Of a DNA stretch of 64,000 nt, positions 1 to 13,440 are shown piece by piece; the first letter of the stretch is position 1; each line of letters opens with the position of its first letter. This DNA comes from Paragordius varius (taxonomy: Eukaryota; Animalia; Nematomorpha): contig OZ176054.1 of assembly GCA_964247055.1 (NCBI GenBank), forward strand, positions 12,586,001 to 12,650,000. Reading direction: 5' to 3'. The position numbers were made by a program, and so were the translations under genes. Under the pieces are notes generated by a model, which had not been told where the DNA came from, did not search any database, and saw only the letters and a program-made list of their open reading frames with translations.

Positions 1-78
1 AAATTAAGACCGTTTCCTTCAGTAGTTTTTTAAAAATCCTAACTTAAATTTAGTCTGGGGTATATTCGAATCGAAGTG
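1..78 (-). mobile_element. Terminal fragment of a piggyBac-like MITE (family P)
   Basis: Reverse complement matches the left arm of the copies at 21787 and 28635 (ATACCCCAGACTAAA...CTACTGAAGGAAACGGTC). Ends GAAGTG|TTAA. Confidence 0.75.
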
Positions 79-94
79 TTAATGATGAGTTATA

Positions 95-188
95 TTAGCC
101 CGAAAACACATGATTTATTTTTAGGGTGAATTTAAATTGTTCGATGGTAATTTTGAATTGTTCAAAGGGGAATTTGAATTGTAAATGG
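95..188. mobile_element. Arm of foldback-like MITE family A (21-bp subterminal repeats)
   Basis: GGTGAATTTGAATTGTTCAA-type units ending TGTAAATGG|TA, as at 29580-29698. Confidence 0.75.
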
Positions 189-3080
189 TATATATATATA
201 TATATATATATACACGAAATTTATATTATAGCATATACTTTTGAATAAACAAATTATTTTATTTCCATAATTTCCCTCCAAAAAATGCAAGTTATATCAA
301 AAATATAAGTTACGGGTATATTCTGCCCATAAAAGCTCCAATATATAGTTAATGTATTAATTACTATCTATGGCATCAGATCCCAAAAAAATTTTCTTTC
401 TAGCAATCAACTAAATATACCTACCACATATATATTAAAATATGTGTGACCAAAAGGTGGCACGTATTAGAACAGTACATAAATATGTTGTATTTTTTAT
501 AATTTGTACACAGCGCACGTGTAATTTATATTATTATGTTTTTTTAGCACACAAAGAAGTGCCATAATTGTTTTTATCAAAGGTGCCGACACACAAAGTC
601 CAATAGATAGCTTTCTGTACTTTTTTTGCGCTTGTAAAGTTTTAGCTTTTTTAGTCAAAATATGGATTAAATTGTTAAAGGTAGTATAGAAATAATAAGT
701 ATAGCCGTTAAAGTTTAAAGGTATTACCAAATTTTTTTTTAACAGTGTTTTAACGAAAAAAAAATCAATTTTTCCTCAAAACATTTTAGATAGTGCATGA
801 AACCAGTCAGTTTTGACATCTAAAGTGCTCTGCACCGCTTCAGTGCAATCATAATTATATCTTATATATGAACTATGGCGGTATAAAATATGTGCTTAAT
901 AATAGGTGGTATAATTTAAACTGTTGTAACTATAAAGCAGTATGAGCTTATTTAATGTTTAAAAATACTCCTCGAGATAATTTTTAAGGTACAAAAAGTT
1001 TCGTTTCGTCCACTGAAAGATATAATTAAATGATTGGAATAACAGGAAACGTAAACCTTTGTCGGCATTCCCAATTAACAAAACACAGGAAATTCAAAGA
1101 GCCTTATTATACACTAATTTTGCATTACAATAGAATTACACATAATATATAATTATCTTGAACACTTCATTTTTGCGTGTAATTAAATGAATTAGCGCTT
1201 TTGTAAATAATATATAACTAATTTACCGACAAAAGAATTTTACAGTGTTCCCAACCTATCTAAACCATAAAAAAACAATAAAAAACGAAGCGGAGAGGCA
1301 AAGGTCCAAAATTTTTATTGATGTTGCCATGCAAATAATTTAATAACCAACCAGTAATTATTATTTTATAGTATAGTTTCAAATTTAATTTTTTTCTATT
1401 ATTTCATAAATGCCCTGTCTGTAAATTGAGATTTAGGAGTAATAAAATATAGACATAGTTGGAAATTCTCTATATTACAGTACCGTTTGTCATACATAAA
1501 GTTTCTCCATAATTAATTAAGCAATTTAATGTTAAAACATGGGAATTTATTTTTGATTTCAACCATTTATTCTTTGTTACCATACGCTACTGTATTTATC
1601 ATTTCAAAAAAAAATTATAGAAAATAAATTTTACAAAATTTTTTTGGAAGGATTGACAAAGAAACGTAGGAAAAAAATTAATTTTAATTAAGTTTTATAC
1701 ATAAATATGGAAGGATACTATACTATAAACGATAAATGGTGTCACCAAATTTAGGTTTTAGGAAAAATAATTATGATGAAGATCTGATCTGCTTCCAAGT
1801 AAGGAACGAAATATATATGTAATAAAGATAAAATAAGCTTGATTTATAGCCTTTTTGTGTTGTTAGCTATCTATCCCATTGATGTCTGGTTTTTTTTTGA
1901 TGATTTAAATGCAAAGAAAACACTAAGAGACAAATTAAATATAATATTTTATCTTTTTGTCAAACAAAGACGACTTACTTTAAGTTTGAGTAAGACTGAC
2001 CCCCTTCATGTTTGTGTGTGCCTGTATTTGTCATAAATTATAGGATAATTTTGTCAACTACTATCTTATCTTTTTTGCCAAAATTTTATGGACATATCCT
2101 ATCAGTATCTGTAAATGTATGTACTTGCTTTTATACTTTTCAAAGATAAAAAAATGTAAAAGATGTAAGGGAATCAATCTTTAAATATTTCAATCAAAAT
2201 TTTTTAAATTGAGCATGATATAATCTCAACACTTATGTTATATATTAAAGTCTTTATATATGTAATCAATTAAGTATGATATACATGCCCATGTTTAATG
2301 TTTTCTCATATATCATATAAAAAAGGGCTTTTTGGTTTTTTAGGCGAGGGTTTAAATTTTTACAGTTCATTCAGCTATAATTCGATACTGAAAGTTTAAT
2401 TTAAAAAATACCCAACCTATATTAATTTATAATTTGTGTCGCAAAAAATGGCAGATGCACCAAAAAACTCTTGATTAAATGGTTTCAATACACATGCTTA
2501 CATAAGTTGCGACACTAAAAATTGATAGTATAAAACAACGCCAATAATTAAAATAAAAAAAAATCACCCGAAAATATTTTTATTGTGAACCCATTGAGTT
2601 CTTCTAAAATTGGTCGCAATATGTTGCTTCCCAACAAATGTTTAAGAAACACATGTGAATTTCGGTCAAAGACACCGTCATGAGATCAATAATCGAAAAA
2701 AATATATAAAATAATTTAAAATAAAACGATTATATTTCACGGCGCAATTTCAATACAGCCTTCATATGTATGTTCAATTTAATTTCGCATTAAAATTAAA
2801 CTGATGTTAGAAGATATTTGTTTAAAAAAGTGTAAAACCTTTTAAAATACAGCAAAAAATTACATTTTAAAGACAAAATTTCAAAAAAGCTAATTTTAAT
2901 TTTAATATAATTGCAATTTGATATAATAGTGTATCCCAATTTCACCTCAGATTCCCATTTCCTTAACTAAAACCATGAGTTATATATATATATATATTAA
3001 TCTTTTAGTTTTTATTTCTGTGTCCAATTTTAATTTTTACTGTATAAAAGCATAAGTTTGGTTTGATTTTATAAAAATAC

Positions 3081-3206
3081 TTTAATGTAGAGATCAGAAC
3101 AATCCATAGATTGAGGCGTATGTTGTAATATCATATATGCTATCCAGGGTTCCTCAAAAAGTCTACTGGCATGTGTCCATGGATGACATAATGATAGTGG
3201 GTAAAC
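3081..3206 (-). CDS. ZNRF3/RNF43: Coding exon 2 of an RNF43/ZNRF3-like E3 ligase (PA domain): VYPLSLCHPWTHASRLFEEPWIAYMILQHTPQSMDCSDLYIK
   Basis: 126 nt, open, phase 0/0, flanked by CATATAG| and |GTATTT. Aligns by eye to ZNRF3 MHPLGLC...YGWVGVVKL...PCLTVLGK and RNF43 SHPLYLC...PCLSLASK (recalled sequences). Not in the ORF track. Confidence 0.85.
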
Positions 3207-3253
3207 CTATATGATATGAACAATTATATTTTCCCATCTAAATGCAAAAACTA

Positions 3254-3522
3254 CAGTAAAAGAAATTATACGAACAAATGTAAAAATATAATAACAAATA
3301 TTTTTTCATTAATTTTCCCAAATAAATTAATTAATTACAGTTGTAAAATATATGATTGATCGTGTTACCAATATACATCTCTAATTCATACTTTGCATTT
3401 GTTCTAAACAATGAATTAATTATAAGTAAAATCAAGATTTAAGAAATATATGGATGTCTTTTAGAAAAAAATATTTGTCTTAATATATTTACGTTTTGTC
3501 CGTATTATTCCAATTTTTACTG
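3254..3522. mobile_element. Tc1/mariner-like MITE family D, intronic
   Basis: TA|CAGTAAAA...TTTTACTG|TA termini, with inner inverted arms TTATACGAACAAA / TTTTGTCCGTA. Confidence 0.7.
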
Positions 3523-5007
3523 TAAAAGACAACGAAACAATCTTTTTTAAACCTTAATTTCTTCTGCATAATCTACTATTCTGCCACCCAAAATGCGTTA
3601 TAACTAAAATAATCAAGTTTTTTTTAAAAAAAGTCATTTAATTTTTACGTTACGTCTGCATTAATTTTTTAGATTATGATATAAAAAATACATTATACAT
3701 CATACACTACAAAGATATCTTGATATTCCTGACACAACCCACCAATTGCCTTATAGTAAACGAAAGATTTTTAGAACTCATGGGCAAAAATATTATTGAA
3801 GAATGTGCTTTGGCCATATTATTATACATGATAACTAATATGGCTAATATCATGAAAGTTTATTTTCAAATAACATTAATTTATATATGTTAAGTTTATA
3901 ACGGGGAATTTACAATTAATAAAATCAACGCTGTAACAATCGAAATGTGATTTGTTTGGTAGGAAAAAAAACAGGTCGTCTATGGGTAAGTTGCGTATTA
4001 TCAAAAAAAGTATATCAACTTCTATGGTATCTTAAAATTGAAGCCAATATTTCTTTCATTTTTGACATTTGACATGGTGAAGTCTAGATCGCAAAAATAA
4101 CCGAAATCGCGCGATATGTGTTTATTTTTTGAAAAGACAGACTTTTTGCTTTTTTTGCATAATTTGATATCTATATTAACTCACTCATATCACCTCAAAT
4201 TTACTTTGCCGAATTTGTTTCCTAAACTAAGTTATTAAAAACTTATAAATTGGTTGCGAACAAATTGTTTAATCAGAATTCTGAATGGATATTCTCTGTG
4301 GCATTGAATGATGTAAAAAAGTTATTTTTATGCCTTAAGTACTTAGAATATTTAACGTACATAAAATACACAGGTTTTAGCATAAATATTTTTTTATAAA
4401 TATAATTTTATTTTTCAATTTTGGAATATCCTATGGTATTTATACAACGATGTGGATAAAATATTACAATGCTCTTTTCCAAAAATAAAAAATGATATTA
4501 ATAAATGGGTTACTTTTTAATTCAAAAAGTTTTCGTTAGTTCCAAAAATCCGCTATTTACCTGCTTATTCTATTTTTAACGAATGATTAATCTAAATAAA
4601 TTTTTTTAAAAAAAATGGTAATATCCGATTGCGAATTGTTGACTATAACCATATTTTAATCATCGGAAAAAAGTGTAATAATACTTTTTACCCACTGATA
4701 ACACCGAAAATATTGTTGGGCTAAATGTAAAAACTTGATTTCGATAGCCTTTAAGGCGTAATATTAAACTATGCAAAGTTTCACATTTCTCGATTTATAG
4801 ATATTTAATCTTTAGTTTCATATATTTTACTATAACATGTGGCATAAAATTTCGTCAATTTTTTAATCAGCTGATTATTAAATAAGTTACCGTCAATTAG
4901 CTAGGCTTGTCAAAATATATTCAAATGTAACTTTAAGTATAAAATTTTTTGATAAGTTAACATATTATATAATGTATTTTAATCCACAAAATACATTAAA
5001 ACTATAG

Positions 5008-5050
<43 letters not shown>

Positions 5051-5466
5051 TTCTTAAACGTAGGAAAATGCGGGAAATATTAATTTTTTAAAAAAGTAGT
5101 TATTTAGTTAATTTTTACATTAAAACTTGTTCAAATTAATAATTAATACATATTAAAGTGTTAACACGTTTTACCTGTACATCCTTTCTTCTTTCTAACT
5201 ATTGTAGTTTTGGCAAAAAAATTCTTTCTATTTGCTTATTCATGGTTTAATCATCAGAATAGGATAAATTTTGTAAATAAAGTTATTTGCCTATTTTTTT
5301 AAAAATATTTATGAGATTTCCGCACTAAATTAAAATGGAAAAAATGAAAATTTTAACATTTACCTATATATGAATAAGTTAAATTTTTAAGGCTTAAAAG
5401 AATTATTGGAGCAAACACATATAATTGATAATATATTTTTTGTATATAAAATTTAAAAGATCTAAC

Positions 5467-5982
5467 CTCCATAAGAATCCCTCTCACATTCATCCGTGTA
5501 CCAATTTCATTAAAATTTCCAAAAACAGAAAAATCGCCAATGCGGTTTAAAATTGGCTGCTCTTTTTCTTTCATTGATTTGGAAATATTGTTTGGGGTTT
5601 TCCCGCGATGTGCATTATCATAAAAATAATTTTGCACATATCTGTAATGAGTGTTTTGCCGCGTTTCCAATCTTTGATAAATGGAAAAATTTAATAAAAC
5701 GTTATTTTCTGTAATGATTGCATCATGGGACTGATTGAACGCTTTTTTAACACCATACGAATTTTTCAGAGTTGGAGTAGAATAAAAATTATGATCTGTT
5801 ATAACTGTAGATGTATTTATATGGTTTGGCAAAGATTGATTTTTAGGACTGAGAAATGATATGTCTTTTGTCATATCGTTAAGTCTTATAGATAAAGAAT
5901 TGAAGCGAGAAATAAGCTGGAAAACCATCATTCCACCTATCATTAAGATCCATTGAAGCATACTGCGAGGCCAGCTTTTCAT
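5467..5982 (-). CDS. ZNRF3/RNF43: Coding exon 1 of an RNF43/ZNRF3-like E3 ligase: signal peptide, N-glycosylated linker and start of the PA domain (172 aa)
   Basis: Longest intact non-TE ORF. Hydrophobic N-terminus. Ends VFGNFNEIGTRMNVRGILME, cf. RNF43 [20 protein letters not shown]. Donor GAG|GTTAGA at 5466 is phase 0 and joins exon 2 in frame. Confidence 0.85.
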
Positions 5983-6004
5983 TAAATGTATTAACTTTTT
6001 AAAA

Positions 6005-6034
6005 CTGAAGGTTCAAAATATTTTAAAAAACTTG
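6005..6034 (-). promoter_or_regulatory. Candidate 3' splice site 22 nt upstream of the ATG (5'UTR intron)
   Basis: Minus strand reads CAAGTTTTTTAAAATATTTTGAACCTTCAG|TTTT. Confidence 0.5.
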
Positions 6035-6708
6035 TAAATAAAAAATAGTTGAGCGGGTTAAAAAAGTTTTATCAAAAAGTATTTTCGTTTTGGGACGGAT
6101 GAGCAGAGCAAAAAATTGGAAATGGGTGAAAAATAAATTTTTCTTGGGTATATATTCTATATATAATTAAAGAATAAATGCAGAGAGAATTTTATTATTG
6201 TAAGTGTCTTTATGGTGCGATTTTTTTGCTTGCTTTGCGTATTTATTCATCAGTAATGCTCCATTCTAGTATAAATAAGTAGTCTTATACAAAATTCACA
6301 ATGTCATAAAAAATAAGATAGTTAGTAAGTATCACATAGTAATGATAAATGAAATGCAATAAAACATTATATACATAAAAGAAAGTGTATATCGTGAGAG
6401 ATGAGGCGGTATGGAGAGAGGGATGGCAAATATCTTTTATCTAGTGTTTTTTTATTTTATTGTTTAACATTATTAATTTAGCATAGAGTTCCTTCTTTTT
6501 TTTCTTTGTGTAGGTAGAGGTAAACTGTAAGCGGAATTAAAAGTTGACACTTATCTGTAAACGCAACGGCTATATTTAATTAACGGGGAGATCTAAATAA
6601 AACTGAAGACGTCAAATATTAACAATTTGAATTAATAAAGATTGGATTTAAGAAAAAGAAAATTCAAATCGCAAATGTAAATATATTAATATAAATTGGA
6701 AATATATA

Positions 6709-6890
6709 CAGTAGCGTATGCAGTAAAAGATTGTTAGTGCAAAATAATCTTAATGAACACAAAACAGGGGGACAATTTTCATATATTAATTATCATTCAG
6801 TCCTATTTATAAACATATCCATAATATCCCCCTGTTTTGTGTTCATTAGGATTATTTTGCACTAACAATCTTTTACTGTATACGCTACTG
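6709..6890. mobile_element. Tc1/mariner-type MITE family C, 182 bp
   Basis: About 60-bp TIRs CAGTAGCGTATGCAGTAAAAG.../...CTTTTACTGTATACGCTACTG, with TA on both sides. Confidence 0.9.
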
Positions 6891-7375
6891 TATATACAAA
6901 TTGTTTTATTTCCGTAAAACTTTTTGACTTTAAGTAAAAATATGCCAAAACAATACAAAAATATATTTATTTTATATTTAGGAATGACAAAGTCATTTAT
7001 TACATATTGTGTTAACATAATATTATTACAATTTGATTACAAGAAAAATACAAATTGTAATATCCTTATTTCTAACTATTACTAATGTGGGTTGATGACA
7101 CCTAGGTTTTTTATACATTGTATTTCAGGGGTATTTTTACATAATATTAAATAAAGCACAAAATGAAAATTGCAACGTGTAATTCTGACTAGTTAGTGTG
7201 TGAAAGATACAAATGGGTTCATTGAAATTTTGCCTATTTTTTGGGTAAAATATGTTAATTTTTAAACAAATTTTTTACATGTAATATTCATGATTAAGCA
7301 TATCTTACTTATAAAGTTTTCCTCTATAATTATGTATTGTATGACATTGTCACACTTAATTTGAGAAGATAAATA

Positions 7376-7550
7376 CAGTAGCGTATGACATAAAACAGTA
7401 TTAGTCCATAAAAAAATAAAAAAATGTTTTTATTTTAAAAAAACAAGGTGATATTATGGATATGTGTGTGTACAACTAGGTTTACTTTTTTAAACAAAAA
7501 ATTATTTTTTTCTTTTATGGACTAATAATGTTTTATGCCACACGCTTCTG
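7376..7550. mobile_element. Related MITE sharing the CAGTAGCGT termini
   Basis: TA|CAGTAGCGTATGACATAAAAC...GTTTTATGCCACACGCTTCTG|TA, palindromic arms. Confidence 0.8.
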
Positions 7551-7691
7551 TATGTAAGTAGCAACATGTTGAAGTGTCAAAAACCAGATGCTTTTTATTC
7601 GTTCAGTTCTCCAAAACACATGTCGAATTCAAATATTTTACAGTAAAGTATGGCATAATTGTCCATAATATACACAATCAATATATTAAAA

Positions 7692-7981
7692 CAGGGGTGT
7701 ACAACAGGTGGTTCTGGAGCCACTTGTGGCTATTTAAAAACTTTGAAAAAATAATTTTTTTGCAAAAGTTTTAATTTTTGAGTGGCGATGTAGAAAATTA
7801 AATTTTTTTAAAGAGTGATAAAAAAAATTAATGTAATATTTTTTTATTATTTTTCATCGCATTCATTTAATCATTAATTTCCTAACAATCTAAAAATCAT
7901 TAGTCAACTAAATTTTTTTATTTAGTGAAAGAGCCATATTTCTTAAAACACAGTCTCATTTTTATTACTGCAATACCCCTA
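7692..7981. mobile_element. hAT-like MITE
   Basis: Termini CAGGGGTGTACAAC...GCAATACCCCT. No clean TSD. Confidence 0.5.
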
Positions 7982-9604
7982 TTATTATTATTGGAGTTAT
8001 AAATTACGTATTCGAAAGTATTTGCAATGGTAATTTTTTATTTATTTACAGTTGAGCAGGAATTCAAATGGGATAAGTTTAAGTTGTTTCTCTAGTGAAA
8101 ATATCCTACAATGGCAGATAAATTTTTTGTCCATGCGTTTCATCAAACTTTATTATTTTACGCATATTAGTACAATTTAACAGCAAATTCAGCAATATTT
8201 TTACTAGTTATTTTGTAATTTATATGAAAATTAACACATCTATATATGTTTATATATAATGAATAAATTTATTTGATACTATTAATTCAAATGTGGCTTT
8301 TCGGATTTTTGAGGTCGAAAATGTGACTCTTTAAGCCATTTGTCATATAAATACCCCTGAGTTAAAACATAGGATTATTTCAACCATTTTTATTTGTTCA
8401 TCTGCTACTCTTTTAAAACTTTCTATAAATCACTGCTTCGATAATAATAGGGCTTGGCGATACATGTAAAAATATTTTAAAAACTATGCATTTAATAGAA
8501 ATATCACAAGACGCACACTCTGTCCCCTATAAACCCCAATTTTGTGATTTAAGACCGAATATGGAGCATGGCTGCGTTTTGTCTGTATAATTTCAATTTC
8601 GTATATATAAAATATTGTTCTGTAATAATTCAATTTTCACTATTTTAAGCTTATTATGATCTAATTATCGGTTAGATTCTTTTTCCATATACTATCTATA
8701 GATATGCATTTGTGAATTAAGGGTATTTCTTTTGCCCGGATCCCAACATATAACATTGATACACAATAGCTTTGCGAAAATTTTTTCTAATTTTTAGCTG
8801 AAAATATAAATTTTTAAAATTTGCAAAATAGCTATTACCACAAAAAATGATAAGCACAACCACCCTTGTTAAATATTTTTTAAATCAATATAATATAATT
8901 GTGGGTTTTAATCCGTCGATGCACTATTTATAAAGGATTAAATTTAAGAATTGGGACAGTTTCTGAAAAAAGTTTAATTACATAAATTTTAAGATTTATG
9001 ATTCACTGCCCAGTGTGCAAAGATCTAGAAAGATTATTTTTACGGATGTTTTCGAACAAATATCTCATAAAACAAAGCGTTAGAGAAGAGTAATTACGCT
9101 AATATATTTTACTAGATTTCTGTGTATTGTTGTTTTGTGAACCCAACGAACCAAAGAAATTTTTACGACTTTTTTATTGCCTTTGTCGAATGTAAATTTT
9201 TTATCTATGGGCAAAATATCATAAAAAAATGTTTTACGATGCATGCGCCGTCAATACACAGAAAAGGTTTATTACTTAAATTATAACTCTGCACTTTGCC
9301 CAATTAACCCATTAAATCGTAAAATTTTATTATTATTCTATGCATGTCTAATATAAGATAATTAGAGGTTTTATAATTTATACCGCATATTTTCATTTAG
9401 GAATTACACAATCTTCTTGATTTACATTTTGGCAATTATAAAAAATATTAATATTTAAAGTTAAACAGTAGTTATTTGTAAAATATGACAATATAAAAAA
9501 ATTAGTCGCAAGATTTTAAATTAATAATATTTATATATATTAATAATTTAGGTGCTCAACAATTCATAGATAACGTTAGGATTGGTAAAAGGTTCAATAT
9601 AAAA

Positions 9605-11731
9605 CAGTGGTACTCACCAAAAAAATTTGACGGGCCAAATAAAATATATTTTTTTTTCGAGGGCCATGTCTTATAATGGCAAATATATAGCTATTTGACA
9701 CATATGCACATATATATACTCTAAATCAGCACGAATTTTTTGCGTATCCCATGATCCAACTAAAAATCGTTTTGCACCATTTAGTTTAAAATATTTATAT
9801 TAACCCATATGATCATCCGTTAAGCGATTTCTGTATGTATTCTTGACATACTTCATTTTTGAATATGCCGTCTCACACGTGTAAGAGGAAAAAACAGTTA
9901 GGATAACTGAGCATATTTTTTTATATTTTCATATTTATTTGGCACATCTTACCAAAACTTTACATATCTTTCTACTCTACGATTCTCCTTGAATATAGCC
10001 TCCAGATTGGAATCATTTTTAAAATCTACGAATTCTTTAATGATATGCGCCTGATCAAAACCGAAATGCTCAAATCGCTTAATATTGGATCCATATGACA
10101 TGGATTTTAAATGAGTTTTAAGCAATTTTTAATATTTCTTAATTCAAATCTGAATTTCATCTCATTAGATAAAAATGTTAAATGATTGTCTATTATTAAA
10201 TTAATCTCCGCGGTAAATTCTATATCTTCATGATTCGTTTTAAGTGTTGGAAAATATGGGAGTGTTTTATTTATAAAATCTGGAATATATATTATTAATT
10301 TTTCTTTAAAAGCAATATTTGATTAGCAAATTGGCTTATTATTTTGCTCCCTTGAAGACTTGGATTAAAACTAAGATAATAATGTCGCAAAGGTAGGCTA
10401 ATAAAACTCACTATTTGTCACTATTAATTTCCTCGTCAATTTTTCTGTTATCTTTATGATAATAGAATATAACTTACAAAAAATCACAGCGGTGCACAAA
10501 AAAATATCATCAAACTCACTGTGGATATCTTTCAGAAGGTTTTTGAATATACGCGGTTTAAATTCTATGCCACGGATGTGGTTAACCATATCCACAACCG
10601 TTTTAATTACTGAATTGAGTGATTTATCTTTTACACGCGAAACCATTTGCTGATGAATAAGGCAGTGAAAGGATAAAATATTTGGCAAATTATATTTGTT
10701 TTTCAAAAGAGGAATAAATCCTTTGTTTATTCCAATCACAGAGGGACAGCCATCTGTGCAGATCACCAATTTCATAATCCATTATTATCGAAAAAGGTGC
10801 TAATTATTTTGAGAAAACTTCCTTTCGTGGTATTATTCATTGGTAAAAATTTTAAATTTTCCTAGTTTATCATGTTATCGTTGCAAAATCTCACGAAGAG
10901 CGCACATTGAGGTGTTATGATATCAGTCCTAGAATCAATAGCAATGCTAAAATATTTGCAGTTTTTCAGAGCCAATAATGTATTGTTAAAAATATATTTA
11001 GACATATCTTGAATGCGCCGAGCACATGTTGAATCAGAAAGTTAAAGTTTTTAATTTGCCTCATGATTTGATCTTTATTATGGAATTTATTAAGAAAAGT
11101 GCAACCATTATTAGACATTCTTTTATTAATTGGAATTCAGTAAACGGTTTCATATTTTTTCCTGGGTAATATGAAAATGTAAAACGTCTTTCAATATTAT
11201 ATTTTTATATAATTATGTTGTACTTACATATACGGCAGTTAACAACATTTTTATTTTGAACGACAAAGAATTTTTATTCCCATTTTTAAGATGCGATTTT
11301 CATCGGATAATTTATGTTTTTTAGCATTAGATGTCATCCTTTGAATTTATGTTTAAATATTATGTAGATTTTTTCAAAAAATTAGGAATATAATTTGAAT
11401 TATGATATAAATTTTTATGGGAATGAGTTATAAAAAATGATACAGGATAGCAATGAAAAGAATATGTATATGGAAGTTTGAGTGAAATGCTTGCTTAAAT
11501 TCAAAAAAAATGCAATAAAAAATGGAAAAGAAAATAGAACAAAGAAACAGAAACAACGTGTGCCAACATTTTAAAATCATTCATATTGGGTAAAAAATAA
11601 AAACTACGAAAATTCGTTTATGTGTATAAAAATTCATCAATAAAAAAATAATATAAAATATGGTCATAGGGCAATTTTAAAGCACTCTAAGGGCCGCATG
11701 CGGCCCGCGGGCCGCGGTTTGAGTATCACTG
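9605..11731 (-). mobile_element. Decayed hAT (Buster/Charlie-type) DNA transposon, copy 1
   Basis: TIRs CAGTGGTACTCA / TGAGTATCACTG. 8-bp TSD ATATAAAA / ATATAGAA. GCGGCCCGCGGGCCGC subterminal palindrome. Confidence 0.92.
9850..11400 (-). pseudogene. Frameshifted Buster-type transposase (GTF2IRD2/ZBED5-like)
   Basis: ORF 10398-10775 contains CTDGCPSVIG and FHCLIHQQ (catalytic D and CxxH). Multiple stops. Boundaries approximate. Confidence 0.85.
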
Positions 11732-12329
11732 ATATAGAATATAAGTAGGAATCAATCCTATTAATGAAAACGTATTGAAACAGTCTATGTCCTTTTGGGG
11801 TAGTTTTTAATCCCAGAAGTCATAAAATTTGAATATCTTATAAAGTATTTTTAATATTAAGCTGAATTTATATGCTTTCTATCCTTTTAAGCGCATTCAC
11901 AATAAATTTTTTTAAAATGTAAAATTGTAAAAAATCATCATCTTAAAATGCCGTTATTTATTTTCATATTTTTAATCGCTAATTCAACAGGCAAATAAAT
12001 GTATATTATGGTTAGAAATACCAGCAAATTGATATATTTTGATTTTAATATCAGCTGTTCGTTTCAATTGTGTTTTGGAGATGTTTTACTCTAGTTATAA
12101 AATTGTAAAAATAACTTTCATTGTTACAAAATTGAGCACTGGGATACAAAAATATCCCAATATGTATATAAGGACAAAAAAATGAAAAGGTCATGAAATG
12201 CTATAAAACATACTTAACAAAGGTAATTTTTGAATCGAGTATTTGTACAATGCCGCTTTTTAAAGGTGTAAATTCCTTAATAAGTGTCTTTCTGTGAAAA
12301 TAATTTTAAGACATATAAATGCAGACTTT

Positions 12330-13440
12330 TTATGAAAAAATCTGCCTTAGTTTATATTTCAAGTAATATATTACTGTGGGTAAAGCTTTGCCATATTTGT
12401 GTATTAATAGTGCCACAAAAACAAATATAAATTGATAGGAAAATGTATCAGGATTATGATGGTGCTTTTGAATTTGGCCCCCTAGTAGTGATTTTATAAA
12501 GTTCCTTACACTTTTGTGGTAACTGCTCTATGCCAAAAAATGATTAATCTGCGTTCATTTTTTCAGCTATATTTTTTTGGTAAATGCTTCATTCCAAAAA
12601 TATCACTAAATTATATCATACATTACATATAAAAAACAATATTTTTACCACAAATTTTGAAAATCTTCAATGTTTGAGCCCCTTCAAAATAAGCAGGTTC
12701 TCCTAAAATAAAGGCGAAAAGATAGAGATTACGCGCTAACTTTTTTAAATGTATCTAAATTTTCACATTAAATTTTGAAAAATACATATTTTGTCAAAAT
12801 TTTATAACAAAATTTTGGTGAAGCGGTTTTATGATCCATTACTTAAGAGTTTTAATTTGTAGATTTGTTTGCTTCAAAATTCGGGGAAGTTTTTATAATT
12901 TATAAGCATAAATACTACTAAATAATAGTTTATTTTATAATGCGAAGTAATATAAATGACCATCATCAAATTAATCTGAAAAAGTGTATTTAATATGTCT
13001 TAAAGAATTTCAAAATAGCGTAAAGTACGATCCTACAAAATGCTAAATATTTAGCAAAATATGCATTTTTGCAATTTTGATGGCAAAACCTAACATATCT
13101 TTATAAATTTTCCGCTCAATCTAGGCATCTTTGAGAAAATTAGCTATTTTAAACGGTTAGGCACACATTTAAAATTATTATAATATTGTTTAGCTTATGT
13201 GTAGATATATATTGTAATATTTTTTGGAAAGAAGCAGCATTTAGCTTTTACAAATTTTTTTTTATAAAATATAATGTTCGTTATTTTTGCAATTTAACGA
13301 TGCCAAGTTTCACCACAAAGTGCATATAACTCATATATATCACTAGTAGGTCCAAAATCAAAACTAAAGCCAAAAGTAACTTGAGATTCTTCAGATAAAT
13401 TTATCTATCAGAATCAGTTATATACATATTTCACCAGCAT
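12330..13440. repeat. Old ~1.1-kb dispersed repeat family F (other copies ~54880-55800 and ~57600-63170, the latter split by the Gypsy)
   Basis: Shared blocks CTTTTGTGGTAACTGCT, CCAAAAATATCACTAAA and GATAGGAAAATGTATC, with inverted counterparts at the other end. Boundaries approximate. Confidence 0.6.

Noticed and set aside
497-730. 77-aa minus-strand ORF as the RNF transmembrane exon
   Set aside because: No convincing splice sites or family motifs, and the hydrophobic run is interrupted by Lys.
1979-2021. 43-nt AG/GTAAGT-bounded minus-strand segment (THKHEGGQSYSNL) as the next exon of the RNF gene
   Set aside because: It opens only in phase 1, whereas a phase-0 exon resembling AKRAVQRGATAVIFDV is expected. 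No similarity seen.
2560-2690. Open stretch HDGVFDRNSHVFLKHLLGSNILRPILEELNG, faintly like ZNRF3 after the PA core
   Set aside because: There is an in-frame stop just upstream and no usable acceptor.
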